DNA of 56,541 nucleotides, counting the filler, from Sphacelaria rigidula (lineage: Eukaryota), in assembly GCA_964200075.2 (NCBI GenBank). It is 7 parts of 7 records of this genome, joined end to end, with 100 filler letters (N's around TTAATTAATTAA, not from the genome) between each part and the next. Parts side by side here need not be neighbours in the genome. Positions count along the whole stretch, not along the records: positions 24,278 to 32,269 come from CAXNAA020012719.1; positions 32,370 to 40,360 come from CAXNAA020012720.1; 5 more parts are not named here. One strand, written 5' to 3'. A program made the position numbers and the translations under genes. Numbering within the stretch: the first letter of the stretch is position 1; the number at the start of each line of letters is the position of its first letter. The notes under the pieces were generated by a model. The model made no database searches, was not told the origin of the DNA, and saw only the letters and a list, made by a program, of their open reading frames with translations. This document shows, piece after piece, positions 24,278 to 36,502 of the stretch.

Positions 24278-25839
24278 CACCCACGCCCCGACAGGCAACT
24301 CGACTCCGCTAGAATTCAAGGTTCTATTTCGTCATGTGTGTTTAGTTCCTTATAGGGTGAGCATTAATCGTCAATGATGGGCGTAAGTGATCTCTAGTCT
24401 TTCGGCCTTGAAGTGTGCAGATTCGTCACCATTCCATGCTCTGCGGCTTTGCGATAACGTGCCATCTCTAGACGACTCGAAGCCAACACAACACGAGCTC
24501 ATGGTATGTGGCTAAGTACCATGACGTGCTTGTGTTATCAAGTGCGTCACGTCTATTGCGCAGATCGGTGTAAGTGTCTAAACCCTTTGGGCACCCCGTG
24601 TGTTCATCTATTGTGTTTAACTACGGCTTCAGCGAGCTACCATAGTAGGAACACTTGTTGTTGTTGCTGCTGCTGCTGCTGCTGCTGTTGTCTTCACATT
24701 AAAACCGTTCCGATATCTGCGCGGCACATTCGTACTAGGCATCTGATGCGGACGCCTTCCGTGGTCACAGGCTAGCAAAAAAACAAAAAAACAAAATAGA
24801 CCCAGATCAAAGCTCACAAAACGCGATACAAGCAAAACAGATATAAAGAAGAAAGAAGAAATTATAAGAAGAAATATGTTTTTTGAGATGTTATAAAATC
24901 CGTAGATCTCGTAACGATCAAGATACGGGTGGCATTCTTATCGAGTCCTGCTGTTGGCGTCAGACTTCTCATGATGGGCACTGTGCCGATCTAGTCGTTA
25001 GCTCGCCTGCGCCGGCCTGAGGACGCCACCCTTGCCAACCCACGGCGATTTCTACCTAGTTGTGTCACTGGCAATGTCCCTGATGACTCTCGAACGCTCA
25101 CGAGGGACACAGCGTACACACAGGACAGCTGTCCGAAGGGCTACATTGCAATCCGAAATGGCCCTAAATGTCGGAGATCTCCGAAAAAGCAGTGCCGATA
25201 GTAATGGATCTGAAAAACGCTATATTCAGCCTGGGCTCAAACCTTTATTTGCGCGGACATGTTCAGCTGAAGAAATTCATCGTTGAGGCTATTGTTGATT
25301 TCCCTACAAACACAGCACAGAGGAGCTCGCAGGTTCTCAACAGTTCTTAGTTTCTTTCTGGAAACTGGCTTTACCAGAGAAGCCCTTCTGACTACACATG
25401 GGGGACATCACACGCACTCGTGAATAATGGAAACGAGATTTTCCTATGAGAAAGACCTGAGGTCAAAATTGCATTTACTGTCGCAACTAGCACCGGATCA
25501 AACGCGCCTTCGAACCATTTCAAGGCACGTTTGACCTGGTACCAGTTGCAATACTACAGTCAGCTTCGGCCTCAGTTCGACCCCAGCGATGGATATTTGT
25601 TCCCGTTTTTCAGGATCTCGTTCTACTCGCTTCATACTGTTTCGTAGGAAAAAACACACGTCACAGCCAGCCAGTCGAACAGAATGACTGACGTGGTACC
25701 TCCAACATGGTGAAGAAGTATTTTACACCCGTCATGGCTGCAGCGGGTGATTGCGGACGTTTGGCTAGAACACGGGTCCTGCCCTGTGAACTCTGGGTGC
25801 ATTCACGTCGTGTTCTAGCAGACCCCCCCCTCCAACTAC

Positions 25840-25919
25840 CTGCTCCGTCTCGAAAGGCATGCGTGGTCAATGGCCACACGACTAAGGCAAGCAAAAAATG
25901 AGTACGCCCCCCCCCTCCA
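25840..25919 (+). mobile_element. Heavily 5'-truncated LINE insertion (subfamily A) with target-site duplication
   Basis: APSRKACVVNGHTTKASK K* plus a C-run. TCCAACTAC is duplicated at 25831-25839 and 25920-25928. Confidence 0.8.
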
Positions 25920-26827
25920 TCCAACTACTGCATTTTCATCGGTGCTGTAGGCTTCTATGGTTACTACTACACTCGTGGTACTTTGATCTTGCTTCAGCAT
26001 CAGGGTCAGGGTTAGGGTATGGTAGCCCTCAACGCTCCCAAATGACATCGGGAACCATTCTCGCGGTATGTTTGTTTGGCGTAGTCCTCCACGTTGATCA
26101 GCTTGCTGGACTCGACCTTGCGTCGCTGCTCTAGAATGTTGAAAAACTCGCTCGACACGTCTCCTTGCCCGAGCAAGTGCTCTCTGAGCGATTCCACTTG
26201 AGCTGAGTCCGTCAATATGACCGTGTCTCTGACCGTTTTCAGTTCGACCAAACCGGAGAGCGCTGTCTCGGAGACTGTCATGGTACCGTACCGTCTCGCG
26301 CTCACACAATCGAAACTTGTAGGACGTCCAGGAAACGTTGGATTTATCATGTTCAGAAAACCTTGATATGTCTCTCAAACTCACCATAGTATGAGTCTTC
26401 TCAGATCCACAGGATGGCGGTGGAGGAGGAGATGATGTTTCTGATCTCAACCTGTGACCTGCTAGAGCTGTTGGTTCTTACGCGAGTTGCCACGTCAACG
26501 ATGCGGTATCTTAGCTGGCGGATTTCTTATTGTGGAAGCGAAAGATCGTACTCCTGAGGTCGTATTCCGTATCCCACACGAAACGCCGGGCCTCATATTT
26601 CTTCGCGATGATTATTGTGGAGCAGACTGGTATTTTGTTTGATCAATCCGGGAATTTTTCACTCGTTGAATGATTGTTGAGCATAGCTCCCATCGGTGGT
26701 CTACTCGTTGCGGCTTCCCCATGTTTCGTCACGTTGTGTCTGATGCCTGTGACCGTGGCATAGTGTGGTTGCTCTCTGGATATTGTCTTGCCTCTGTCGG
26801 AGAGGTTTTTCTCTGCGAGACGTCACC

Positions 26828-26828
<1 letters not shown>

Positions 26829-26876
<48 letters not shown>
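26829..26876. repeat. (GT)n microsatellite
   Basis: About 24 perfect GT units. Confidence 0.95.
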
Positions 26877-26881
<5 letters not shown>

Positions 26882-29800
26882 ATTTCTTGCCTGTGCCTGG
26901 TAATTGTACCCAGATATGTTTTCTCTGCTAGGTGTCGTTGACAGACTTGCATCCGGCGTGCCTCTCCTGCACGTTTTGGTGCTGGACCCGTTATCGTCAG
27001 CCTTCTTGGTATCCAAGTACGTTGGTTCTACATCCAAGATGTTCACTGTTTCCGCATACTGCACTCGCACACTCATTACCGTGGTGTTAATCACTGCTGA
27101 TGAATGACCTTCCTTTGCTGATATCGCTTTTGCTGAGCACTGCGGGGTCAGCTACCGCTACCGCGTGACATTTAACCAATCAATCTCAATCCAGCACCAT
27201 CTGAAAGTAGACGTACTCCTCAAGTGTTGAATCAGATGATAGTGACGAGTGAACAAAATCTGGCGGGCTGCTGTAACATGCTGGTCTGACTTTGTCACAC
27301 GTGAGCTGACCTGCGCATTATTTTTATCGTCAACCGTGCATACTTTGATGTGTGCACAAACCTCAAATGGTATCATGAGTGAGTGTGACCTCCACTGCAC
27401 CATGTCAAATATACTAATATGCGCAACGTATCAACGTAGGGGAAACCCAGAGGTGGCGCCAAATTGCCTCCAGATGGTGTCAGGTTTCAAGCAGTCGCCA
27501 CTGTAGTTGCGCCACATCCGCGTGCCGTGCCGCGGTCATACTCAGTGGCATGCATACGCGTACACGGTGAATGGCGACACGGTCAAACTCCGGGTGATGT
27601 CTTACCCCATCTCGAGTGTTTCACAACTTTACCCTGTCCCTGCTTCCTACGCCCCTCGAGCCTGGTTTGGCGAAAACCCGGGGTGCTTCATCCCAGCTTT
27701 GGAGATGCGAGGTTAGCGGCCTTATGAGTACAACATGCAAAATCATGACCCCCTGCAACCCCTTCCCTGCCCCCCCTGCAACCCAGAAGACACCGATTCC
27801 GTGCCGTTGGAAGATCTCAACGAAGTCGTACCATGAGTGCCCCCTCGAGACAACGTGATCATCGCAAATTGTCTTCAGGGTTGAGGTGGCAAACCTCCCG
27901 CTTGGAGGTAGAGTACTTCATCGCATTGGGTAGCATCCTTGGCTCTGTGCAAGATAACAACTTTGTGTCTACGCTCCGCGTCTGCTTGCTCCACCCTCAT
28001 ACTCCCCGTTGACTTGACCACCAGCACCGTCGCGGCGGAGGTAGACGCATTGGGAATGCAGGAGGTGGCGGTCGACGTAGGGCTTGTCGGCACTGTCACG
28101 CGGATGCCGTACTCGACGTGTACATGCGCTCCAACAACTTCTTGGGCTGGCGGCGGGTGACCGGCACTCCGAACCAGGAAGGCGGCGGTTTTGGCGGTGG
28201 CGGTGGTTTCGGAAACGATGGTTGTTTGTGCGGGCAGATCGGTGTATCAGCAGTCAAGATTGTCTTTGTCGACGAAGATACCGGACTCCCCCGGTCTAAG
28301 GTCATCGAGGCTGTCCCGACGGCGCCTAGAGTCAACCCGTTCGTCCGCCGCGCAGGAGCAGCCGAGAACTTTCATGCAAACGCCGGTTCCCACGGAATGG
28401 CGCGAGGAAGCCACGGCGGCGGCGGCGGCGGCGGGGGCGGAATGTATGCCAACAGTGATGTGATGCAGAGACAATTGGTGGTACAAGGCGTGATGGGACG
28501 AGATGTGTGGATGCTGTCGTCGGCTCTCCCTGTGGGGTTGGGCAACGTGACAGTCGCGCGAATGATCGCGCTGTTGTTTTCGCCGTCACTCCGTGACAAC
28601 ACTGCCCATTCTATTCTGGCGTCAGACTCACGTCGCTCGCGGGATAGACAGATCGCGACGACGGGTCATCGTAATGTCCTTCTGGAGACGATCATGGCCC
28701 GGATGATGTCCAACGAGGTACGACCAGAGATGATGGCGCCGACTTTCCCTCCGATCATGCGGTGGAGGAGTCCTCTTCCGCGGTGGACGTCACGCATCAT
28801 CACGTTTGGGGACTCGGGATCGGGCGGCGCTCATAGACTGGCAGGTAGCATCGGCGTCGGCATTGGCAGCGGTGGCTTTCCTCCGAGAATGGCTGCGGGT
28901 GGTGATGGGCGGTCGGCCCCCGTCGCGTTCGAGATGAGTCTGATCTTCGGCAATGGGGTAAGGGTACTGAGGCTCCATGTGCATAATCTCGCACCTGCCT
29001 TCGTGTTTGTTTGTTTGTTCCGTATTTCTGGTATTTTGGCCTGTGACAGACGGAGGTCGATGTGGCAAATCTGGCAATTTAGGAATTTGAAGGTTACTGA
29101 CATCGGGGTAAACTGCAGTCGTTTCTTCTGCATGAAAAACAGCAACGGCGCAAAATAGCAAAACTCCAAGGATTGGTAGACCAACAGGTGGTCAAGCCGC
29201 TCCGTCATCAGACCGGCTGCCCTGTGGTACCGTGTGTGGCGATTTTTGCCTTCGTGTGATGTAGGTGCCCTCGCAGTAGTGTTGGTTGGTGGATGCTGTG
29301 TGGCATATAACAAAGCTATTCATGTATCGGTTTTGGCGGAGGTGGTCCTTATCGGCGCGCAGTAAAGGGAGGACATAGTTTGGGTGTTGCTGCTGGCTCC
29401 ATTTCTACGCACCTCCCCTGGATCCACCACGGGCGTTTTCAAGAAGATTGCGACGAGTCTTTCCACATCGGCCACGTGAGCATCTTGCTCAGACTCGCCC
29501 TCTTCGTCTTGTCCTAGAGCTAGTTGTCGCCAAAGAAGCTCAAACTGTCTTCAAGTGTAACTCGAAGCCGATTTCCAAAAAACAAATATAGAAACACTCG
29601 CGAAAGAGTCGTGCTACGGCAGGGGTGCACGTCTTGAGTGACACTTGTCTGACGTATTTCCACGCTGTGAAACAAAACAGAGACATTTTCCACAACTTGT
29701 CATGTTAGTCTCCGAGAGGATCGCCTCAACTTCCAACGCAACTTCGTCCTAACCGCACTAGTGCAAGTAGATGATAGTTGATGACCAACTCCAGCACGCC

Positions 29801-30161
29801 GGCCCAGGAGCACTTGGTGCACACCTATCGTACCACGACTCAAAATTATGTGGTGTTCTGTGTCCCTTGCTCCAACAGGCATGCGAGGTATCTTGTACCG
29901 TTACGAGTCCTATAGTCTGGGCCGGATAGATTCATGGATGAAACTGTCAAATCATCGGCATACCCATATCTGTGCCCGAGGTTTTGCTTCCGTCGATTTC
30001 AGGTGTGAGTTGGTGGGAGGAATCCACGCACGTGGCGGAAAAAATAACAACCACATCGGCCCCAACTGTGAATACGCGACCGCTTGTTTGGTTGTGGTCA
30101 ATACGCTCGTGGAGATAACCTGTCGATGGAAACACCTGTAGCGGTGTCTGACATCTAATCA

Positions 30162-31481
30162 GTGCGTTCTATTCTTGGTCGCACCTCATTTATTGCTGTG
30201 GCCGCCCCCTTCTCTTCGCGCTCCTTTCGCCGCCCCCACGTCGCGCTGTCCTTACACGGTTCGAAAATTCAGGTCACTGCCCCCCCCTCTACTTCTGCAT
30301 GTCCGATGGCCGGTGGCGTCATTTTCTCTTCTGTCCGAGACCAACCGTCTGAGAGCTCGAGCCCACCGGGAGCCTGCCAAGCCGCTCAAGAGGGTGTCAG
30401 TTACGCTCCTCTCCCTTCTGGGCAGAAGCAACAGCCGTGGGAACCCCGTCCGGAGTTTCCGCCTATACGACAGCAGCAGCAGGAGGAACAGCAGCACACT
30501 GGACCGGTGTCGGAGCAGGATGCTGGATCCTCGCCTGGGTCTCGGCCGCTGCCTCAGCGTATTACACACCAAACGTCTGGACGATGGACGGCTGAACCCT
30601 ATAGTGCGGCGGCTGGAGGGCGGTGGGGTCGGGAACAGCAGCAGCAGCAACAACAGACGGGACCGGTGTCAGATCATAGTGCGAAGCTCTTACTTGAACT
30701 TGAACAACGATTTCAAATTGGGGTACACCAGCCGACGGGGCGAGGGACGGCCCAACCATATCTTGCGGTGGCTCGGGGGCGGCGCCGGCTACGGCAGCAG
30801 CAGCAGCGGCAGCAGCGGCAGCAGCAGCAGCAGCAACAGCTACGTGCCGGCGATAGTGATGATGACTCGTACTGCCCAAGTAAAGCCAGCGGACCATCTA
30901 TTTGCGGAGGCGATGATGATCTTGATGAAGCCAACACCCGGACATCATCCGGCGGGCGGCAGCTGCAATGGACATACGCCTCCTTCGCTGTGCAAGACGA
31001 TGAGAAGATGGATAGCGACGACGAGCAAAACGGGCAAGACTATAGGCATAGCCACGCCACTGATGATGGCGATGAAGGCGATGACAGTGATGGCGATGGC
31101 GGTGAAGATCATGGTGGTAGTGATAATGATGATAACGATGATGACAACGGCGATAACAACGATGGAGGTGATAGCGATAGAGACGACGATGACGACGACG
31201 ATGGCAACGACGATGGGGATAGTGATATCAATGCTGATGGTGGAGGCCATACCGTTCATGATGATGGAGACGACGACGGTAGTCACGACGACCGCAACAA
31301 TGTTGATGACGATGACGATGATGACGACAACGACGACGACACACGGCCTCTTTTGCTGCAACGGCTAGCGGCCAACGTAGAGAAGGTGATTGAGTACGAA
31401 TCCGAGGATCGTCGTCGTCAGGGACTGCAAGTCGGCAGCGTCCATGACGAGGGTAGCAGCAAGCGCGGCAGAGGAAAATAG
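30162..31481 (+). CDS. Gln- and Asp-rich intrinsically disordered ORF of unknown function
   Basis: 439-aa open frame (first ATG 30306) with polyQ tracts, a repeated QQQ(H)TGPVS...HQ..GR.TA.PY module and a long D-rich tract. Its stop lies in the left arm of a large palindrome. Confidence 0.4.
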   Translation: MRSILGRTSFIAVAAPFSSRSFRRPHVALSLHGSKIQVTAPPSTSACPMAGGVIFSSVRDQPSESSSPPGACQAAQEGVSYAPLPSGQKQQPWEPRPEFPPIRQQQQEEQQHTGPVSEQDAGSSPGSRPLPQRITHQTSGRWTAEPYSAAAGGRWGREQQQQQQQTGPVSDHSAKLLLELEQRFQIGVHQPTGRGTAQPYLAVARGRRRLRQQQQRQQRQQQQQQQLRAGDSDDDSYCPSKASGPSICGGDDDLDEANTRTSSGGRQLQWTYASFAVQDDEKMDSDDEQNGQDYRHSHATDDGDEGDDSDGDGGEDHGGSDNDDNDDDNGDNNDGGDSDRDDDDDDDGNDDGDSDINADGGGHTVHDDGDDDGSHDDRNNVDDDDDDDDNDDDTRPLLLQRLAANVEKVIEYESEDRRRQGLQVGSVHDEGSSKRGRGK

Positions 31482-32269
31482 ATACGGCGAGGAGGACAAG
31501 GGAGGCCAGGAACAAAGTGCCAGCAGCCATGATGAAGGCGGCGGCGACCGCGTAGACAGTACAGATAACGAGGGAGAAGACGAGGTGAGATACGGGAGAG
31601 TCACAACGACAATATAGGCGACGGGAGCTTCCTTAGTCGAATCGAAGCTATTAGCGCATGATTTCTCGATATGACATCATGCTGTGGTCACGTCGCTTAC
31701 AGTAGCCGAGAAGGGAAATATCGGGTAGTGACGTCTGATAGCGATCAGAATCAATGGCGCCACCGCGGATATGGAGGTGCAAATAAGCAGCGTGACAATG
31801 GCCGAGCGCAGGGGGTGGGGGAGGGTATTGTATGCACGACCGGAAAGATCGGTCAGCCAGAGCGCTTCGCCCCCTCCCTCACCCCCTGCGCTCGGCCATT
31901 GTCATGCTGCTTATTTGCACCTCCATATCCGCGGTGGCGCCATTGATTCTGATCGCTATCAGACGTTACTACCCGATATTTCCCTTCTCGGCTACTGTAA
32001 GCGACGTGACCACAGCATAATGTCATGTAGAGAAATCATGCGCGAATAGCTTCGATTCGACTAAGGAAGCTCCCGTCGCCTATATTGTCGTTGTGACTCT
32101 CCCTTGTCTCACCTCGTCTTCTCCCTCGTTATCTGTACTGTCTACGCGGTCGTCGCCGCCTTCATCATGACTGCTGGCATTTTGTTCCTGGCCTTCCTCG
32201 TCCTCTTCGCCGTATCTATTTTCCTCTACCGCGCTTGCTGCTACCCTCGTCATGGACGCTGCCGCCTTC
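31428..32269. repeat. Large palindrome: ~400-bp arms (31428-31825 / 31872-32269) with 46-bp loop
   Basis: The arms are near-identical reverse complements with scattered substitutions. The right arm is cut by the contig end. Confidence 0.95.
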
Positions 32270-32369
32270 NNNNNNNNNNNNNNNNNNNNNNNNNNNNNNN
32301 NNNNNNNNNNNNNTTAATTAATTAANNNNNNNNNNNNNNNNNNNNNNNNNNNNNNNNNNNNNNNNNNNN
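32270..32369. other. Artificial contig linker
   Basis: N44-TTAATTAATTAA-N44. Confidence 0.98.
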
Positions 32370-32919
32370 AAGACAGATATGCCACTTGAACCCCATATTT
32401 TGAATGAACCCCAAAATTTAAAATCGGCTGTTAAAGGAGTTCACGAACGTGAGTGATAAAATGTGAAAGACGGGGTACCACAAAACCGGATCTGCGTTAC
32501 ACGGGGACGATAGTGGGCATTGGGTGAAGTTTAAAGTCGTATTGTGTCATATGTACGCCGCGAGTCATTTATGCTACATCTTGGAACCGAGTCAAGTCCG
32601 CTTATGTTGTTGTAAACTAGTTGCCGGAGGGTTTACGACGCGTGTACTGCGTCTCCCACCCGCTCATACGCCAAGAAACAATCCAGTGTGCAGCGAACAC
32701 GACAGACCTCGACCACGTATGAAATGCAGCACGCACGACGGTCGCAGTGAAGTTGCCGCTCTGGAGCGGGGGGACGACGACTCGATGTGGGGGCCGGTAC
32801 CGATATTGTGTTCAGTCGGGAGAAGTTGTGTCCGGTAATATGACTCATTTCGACCTTCCACGGATGCTGAAGCGGCCGACTCGGATTCACCGCATCTGCT
32901 ATTGTTTTTTTCCACGGTC

Positions 32920-35900
32920 CGTTGGTGTCTCCTCTTTACCGAAAACAGCTGGGTTTGAATTCTCTGTCGCTGGTGATGATACGGCATTGGCGGAAGGCCT
33001 GCTTCGCCACTACACCGGAAGCAATGAAAGTCATTGCCTGGGCGTTCCAGACGTCGGACCCCGGTATCGACGCGAAATGTATTTCGCTGACGTACCTGAA
33101 GAGCAAGGCTTACAGCGATCTACACGCCAAACCAGCAGCGCAATCGATCGCAGTCAATATGCTCGTAAGGTATGCACCGCCGGTACATCCAGTCGCTTGT
33201 TGTGATAATGTCGAGTTATCTTCCATAAATTCGCCGCACCGAAGGATAACGAGAGTGTGTCATGTGGTATGTGTCCTGTTTGATGGACCGTCAGGATCAA
33301 TTATCCAGGGTATAACTACACATACCCCCCCCCCCCTCCGCTCGAAGCAGTCAATTTCAAAATTGAGGATAGATGTTTTGGTAGAGGACGAACCTCGGGA
33401 ACCTTCATAAACATCGAAAAGGTTTCGAAATTAAAATGCAAAAGCATTCTCTGGCTGTGATGTGCGACCTCACTCATCGTAGCAAACTAAAGATAAGATC
33501 AACAGTGTTTTGTACCGGAATCACTGGAGGACGATATCGTTCCGTATAAACACCGGAGGTCACGAATTGCAGATGGCTGCTTTCGAGGATGAGCGAGGTC
33601 ACATTTCACATGCGGAGAGTGCAGATGTGCCTTTATTTCAAATGTATCGCGATGCTTATGAAAGATCCCAAGAACGGTACCCACACAACATTCATCCTCG
33701 ATTTTCGACCGTACCACGACAGACATTCGAGGGCGAACAAGATGACACCCACACCGAAATATTGGGATCGGACCACCAAAAATGCCCGCATCGCGCACAA
33801 CCTGGTGGAGAGAATCGAGAGCGTGGTGCTTCGTCTTGCTTGGACGGACAGGTTTTAGGAGTGAGTGCCGTTAATCTGTAGCCCGGCCGCCGCCCGAGGT
33901 CAAGCGCTCTATCTCTATCGAGACCATGTAAGAATGCGCCGCCGTGTGCGTAAATATCACTGCACACGACCTGTCACATAATGTGGTGCGACGTTTGATG
34001 TTTTCGATTCCGATTTCTGTGAACAGCGGCGTGCACAAAATGATAGACGGTAGGTACGGGTTGGAAGATTTCCAGCTGTTCATGGGGGACTGTACATCGT
34101 CCGTGGACAAGACGATATCAGAGACAAGAGAAAGCCTGACGGCTGAAGAACAGGAAGGCGACGCCATCAAGGAGTTCGAGACGGTCTACAAGGGAAGACT
34201 TCCACGTCCCTTGGAGCTGGTGCGTTACTCCCCGTCGGTAGTTGACTTTATTCTAAGAGAGTTGAGACATATATTCGCTGTCGCGAACTGATCGGTGACC
34301 GGCCTCGATGTTCAGGCACGGAAGTTAATTGTATCTTTCCCGGTAGTACTGGTTGAGGAGTGTAAAACACCACCACCTGTGTGCAGCTACACTCCAGAGA
34401 CAAAGCAGAGACTTGCTGCCGGCCGTCCCTTAATTTGTATCTTAGTTCATACTTGACATACCAGAGATCTTGCCCTCACCGCCGTTCGCAGATGACACAA
34501 AAAGGGACCCTCAAGTCTTTCAGCAAAACGTTGAGGAAAAGATGGAACGCGATAAACGACAAGACAGAGGGTTTAAAACTCGTGGGTGGCAGCGGCGAGG
34601 AAGATGTGAACGACGCATCCGTTGGGGAGGCCGACGGGGAGGGTGATGAGGGCCGGGACCATTCAGCAGCGGGTAGTCGCGAGGGCAACGTGTGCGAGTC
34701 GTGCAAACCCACCCTAGACGTCCGGTGAGCGTGAAATTAACGCGCATAGAGTATTTACTCGGAGGGCGGGCACCGAGATACACACCCATCGACGAAGGCA
34801 TTGCTCGCGAGACTGTCGATCGATTCGCCACCGACATATATTCCTCTGTCCCCCTTCCCGCAGGTACCGATGCACGCACTGCAGGGTTGTACACCATACG
34901 TTCTGCGACCTGCTCGTCCCTATCTCAGAAGATGCGACTCTGGCCGAGCGAAAAAGGCGCCTTTGCATATCGTTCGAGGGCGAGCCAGAGCGCCGGAAGA
35001 GGAAATAATCTCAGGATCCAGCCGGAGCCGGCGTTCCATCAAATAGCGGGAAGAAAGCGAAGAAGGCAAGAGTTCCCCAACCGCCCGCCGGCGCCACCAT
35101 AGAAGAGCAAAGGTACGAAGATCGCAGATCCAGACGAGCGTTTCCTCGTGTGAAAACAGTCGCCGGTGAATTTCATCTTTTCAGCACGTATCTCTCAGCG
35201 AGTGTCCTTGATAACATAACCGTTACTCCCCCGCGGATACACCAACGCAACAAATAACCGATCGGTTGGCAACTATGGCTGTGTAGCGTTCATACTCTCG
35301 GAGTACACCGTGAGAGTCTTCCCACATCAGGATGGGGGAGGGGAGGGGTGTGGCGGCGTAAGGTAGTACCATGGGTCTTAATCAGACGCCAACACTCGAT
35401 ACATATTATCGTCTTCTATACTGTGTTTGTTTGTTACCACTCTTGTAATACTTGCGGTTTGTTTGCGCCACGATTCGTCGAATTCGACAGTGTTCCGATG
35501 TAGATATGGCCGACGAGTTATAAACAATATAACTCCTTAATAGTACCGCGGGGTATATGTCGGCGACACTTGGAGATAGCCCACTGTATGCCCCGGGTAG
35601 ATGGACGGGGAAAAAATGTTTTGGAGCCATGCCGTGCCCCCCCCCTCCCCCCCCAAGAGCTGCGCTCGTAACGAAAACACAACACAGGCTAATGCAATGA
35701 GGAGATCATACATTAAAGGGAGTCGGTGTTGACTGCAGGCTAATAAATATGAAAGCGGAAATACATAATGCCCCGTCGGGTAGGGTGCGTGTTTCGACGG
35801 CGCTTTTGTTGTCTGGCTCAGGATCACACTTCACTCGCGTTCTTCCGTCGGATATCGATATATGTACCGTGTGGAATCGCCTTTGTTTTTTCGCACAGGC

Positions 35901-36423
35901 GCAAGAATTCTACCACGCACGCGGAAAACCTACCGTGTAGAGGGTGTGAGCTCATCAATGGAGGCGACTCACTGGCTGTGGCACGCCAGCCGAAGCTTAT
36001 CCTGACACTAACAGATGACCACGTCAAGAGATACTTCAAGCGGTTCGTGGGCAAACTGCTGAGCGTCTTGCATCCTTCGGGTACGATCGCATTTGCCGTG
36101 CCGCGGCCGTGGTTTCCGCATGGAAATCGAATCAGAGGTACCACCGCACACGCAATACTTAGAGGGAGGAATGCGGGATTTAAATGAAGGTGGTATGAAA
36201 TCGTTTGGTACTTGGAATTGTAGCGAGAAAACGATCGCTATACTCGGAGATAGATGGTGGCAACAGAAGGCGAAGCAGGAAGGGGATAAGATCTGAAAAG
36301 AATTTGGTGTCATGCATAGAAGAAACGTCATGAGTGCCCAAATGTTGGAGGTATTTATTAGGTGCAGGAACGGTGCTCTGGCTGGTCAATGGTCAAATGG
36401 TGGAGGCAAGCAAAAAACGAGTA

Positions 36424-36502
<79 letters not shown>

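Noticed and set aside
28118..29158. 346-aa ORF as a gene
   Set aside because: It is GC-rich and low-complexity, several frames on both strands are similarly open, and no domain is recognisable. The coding strand cannot be determined.
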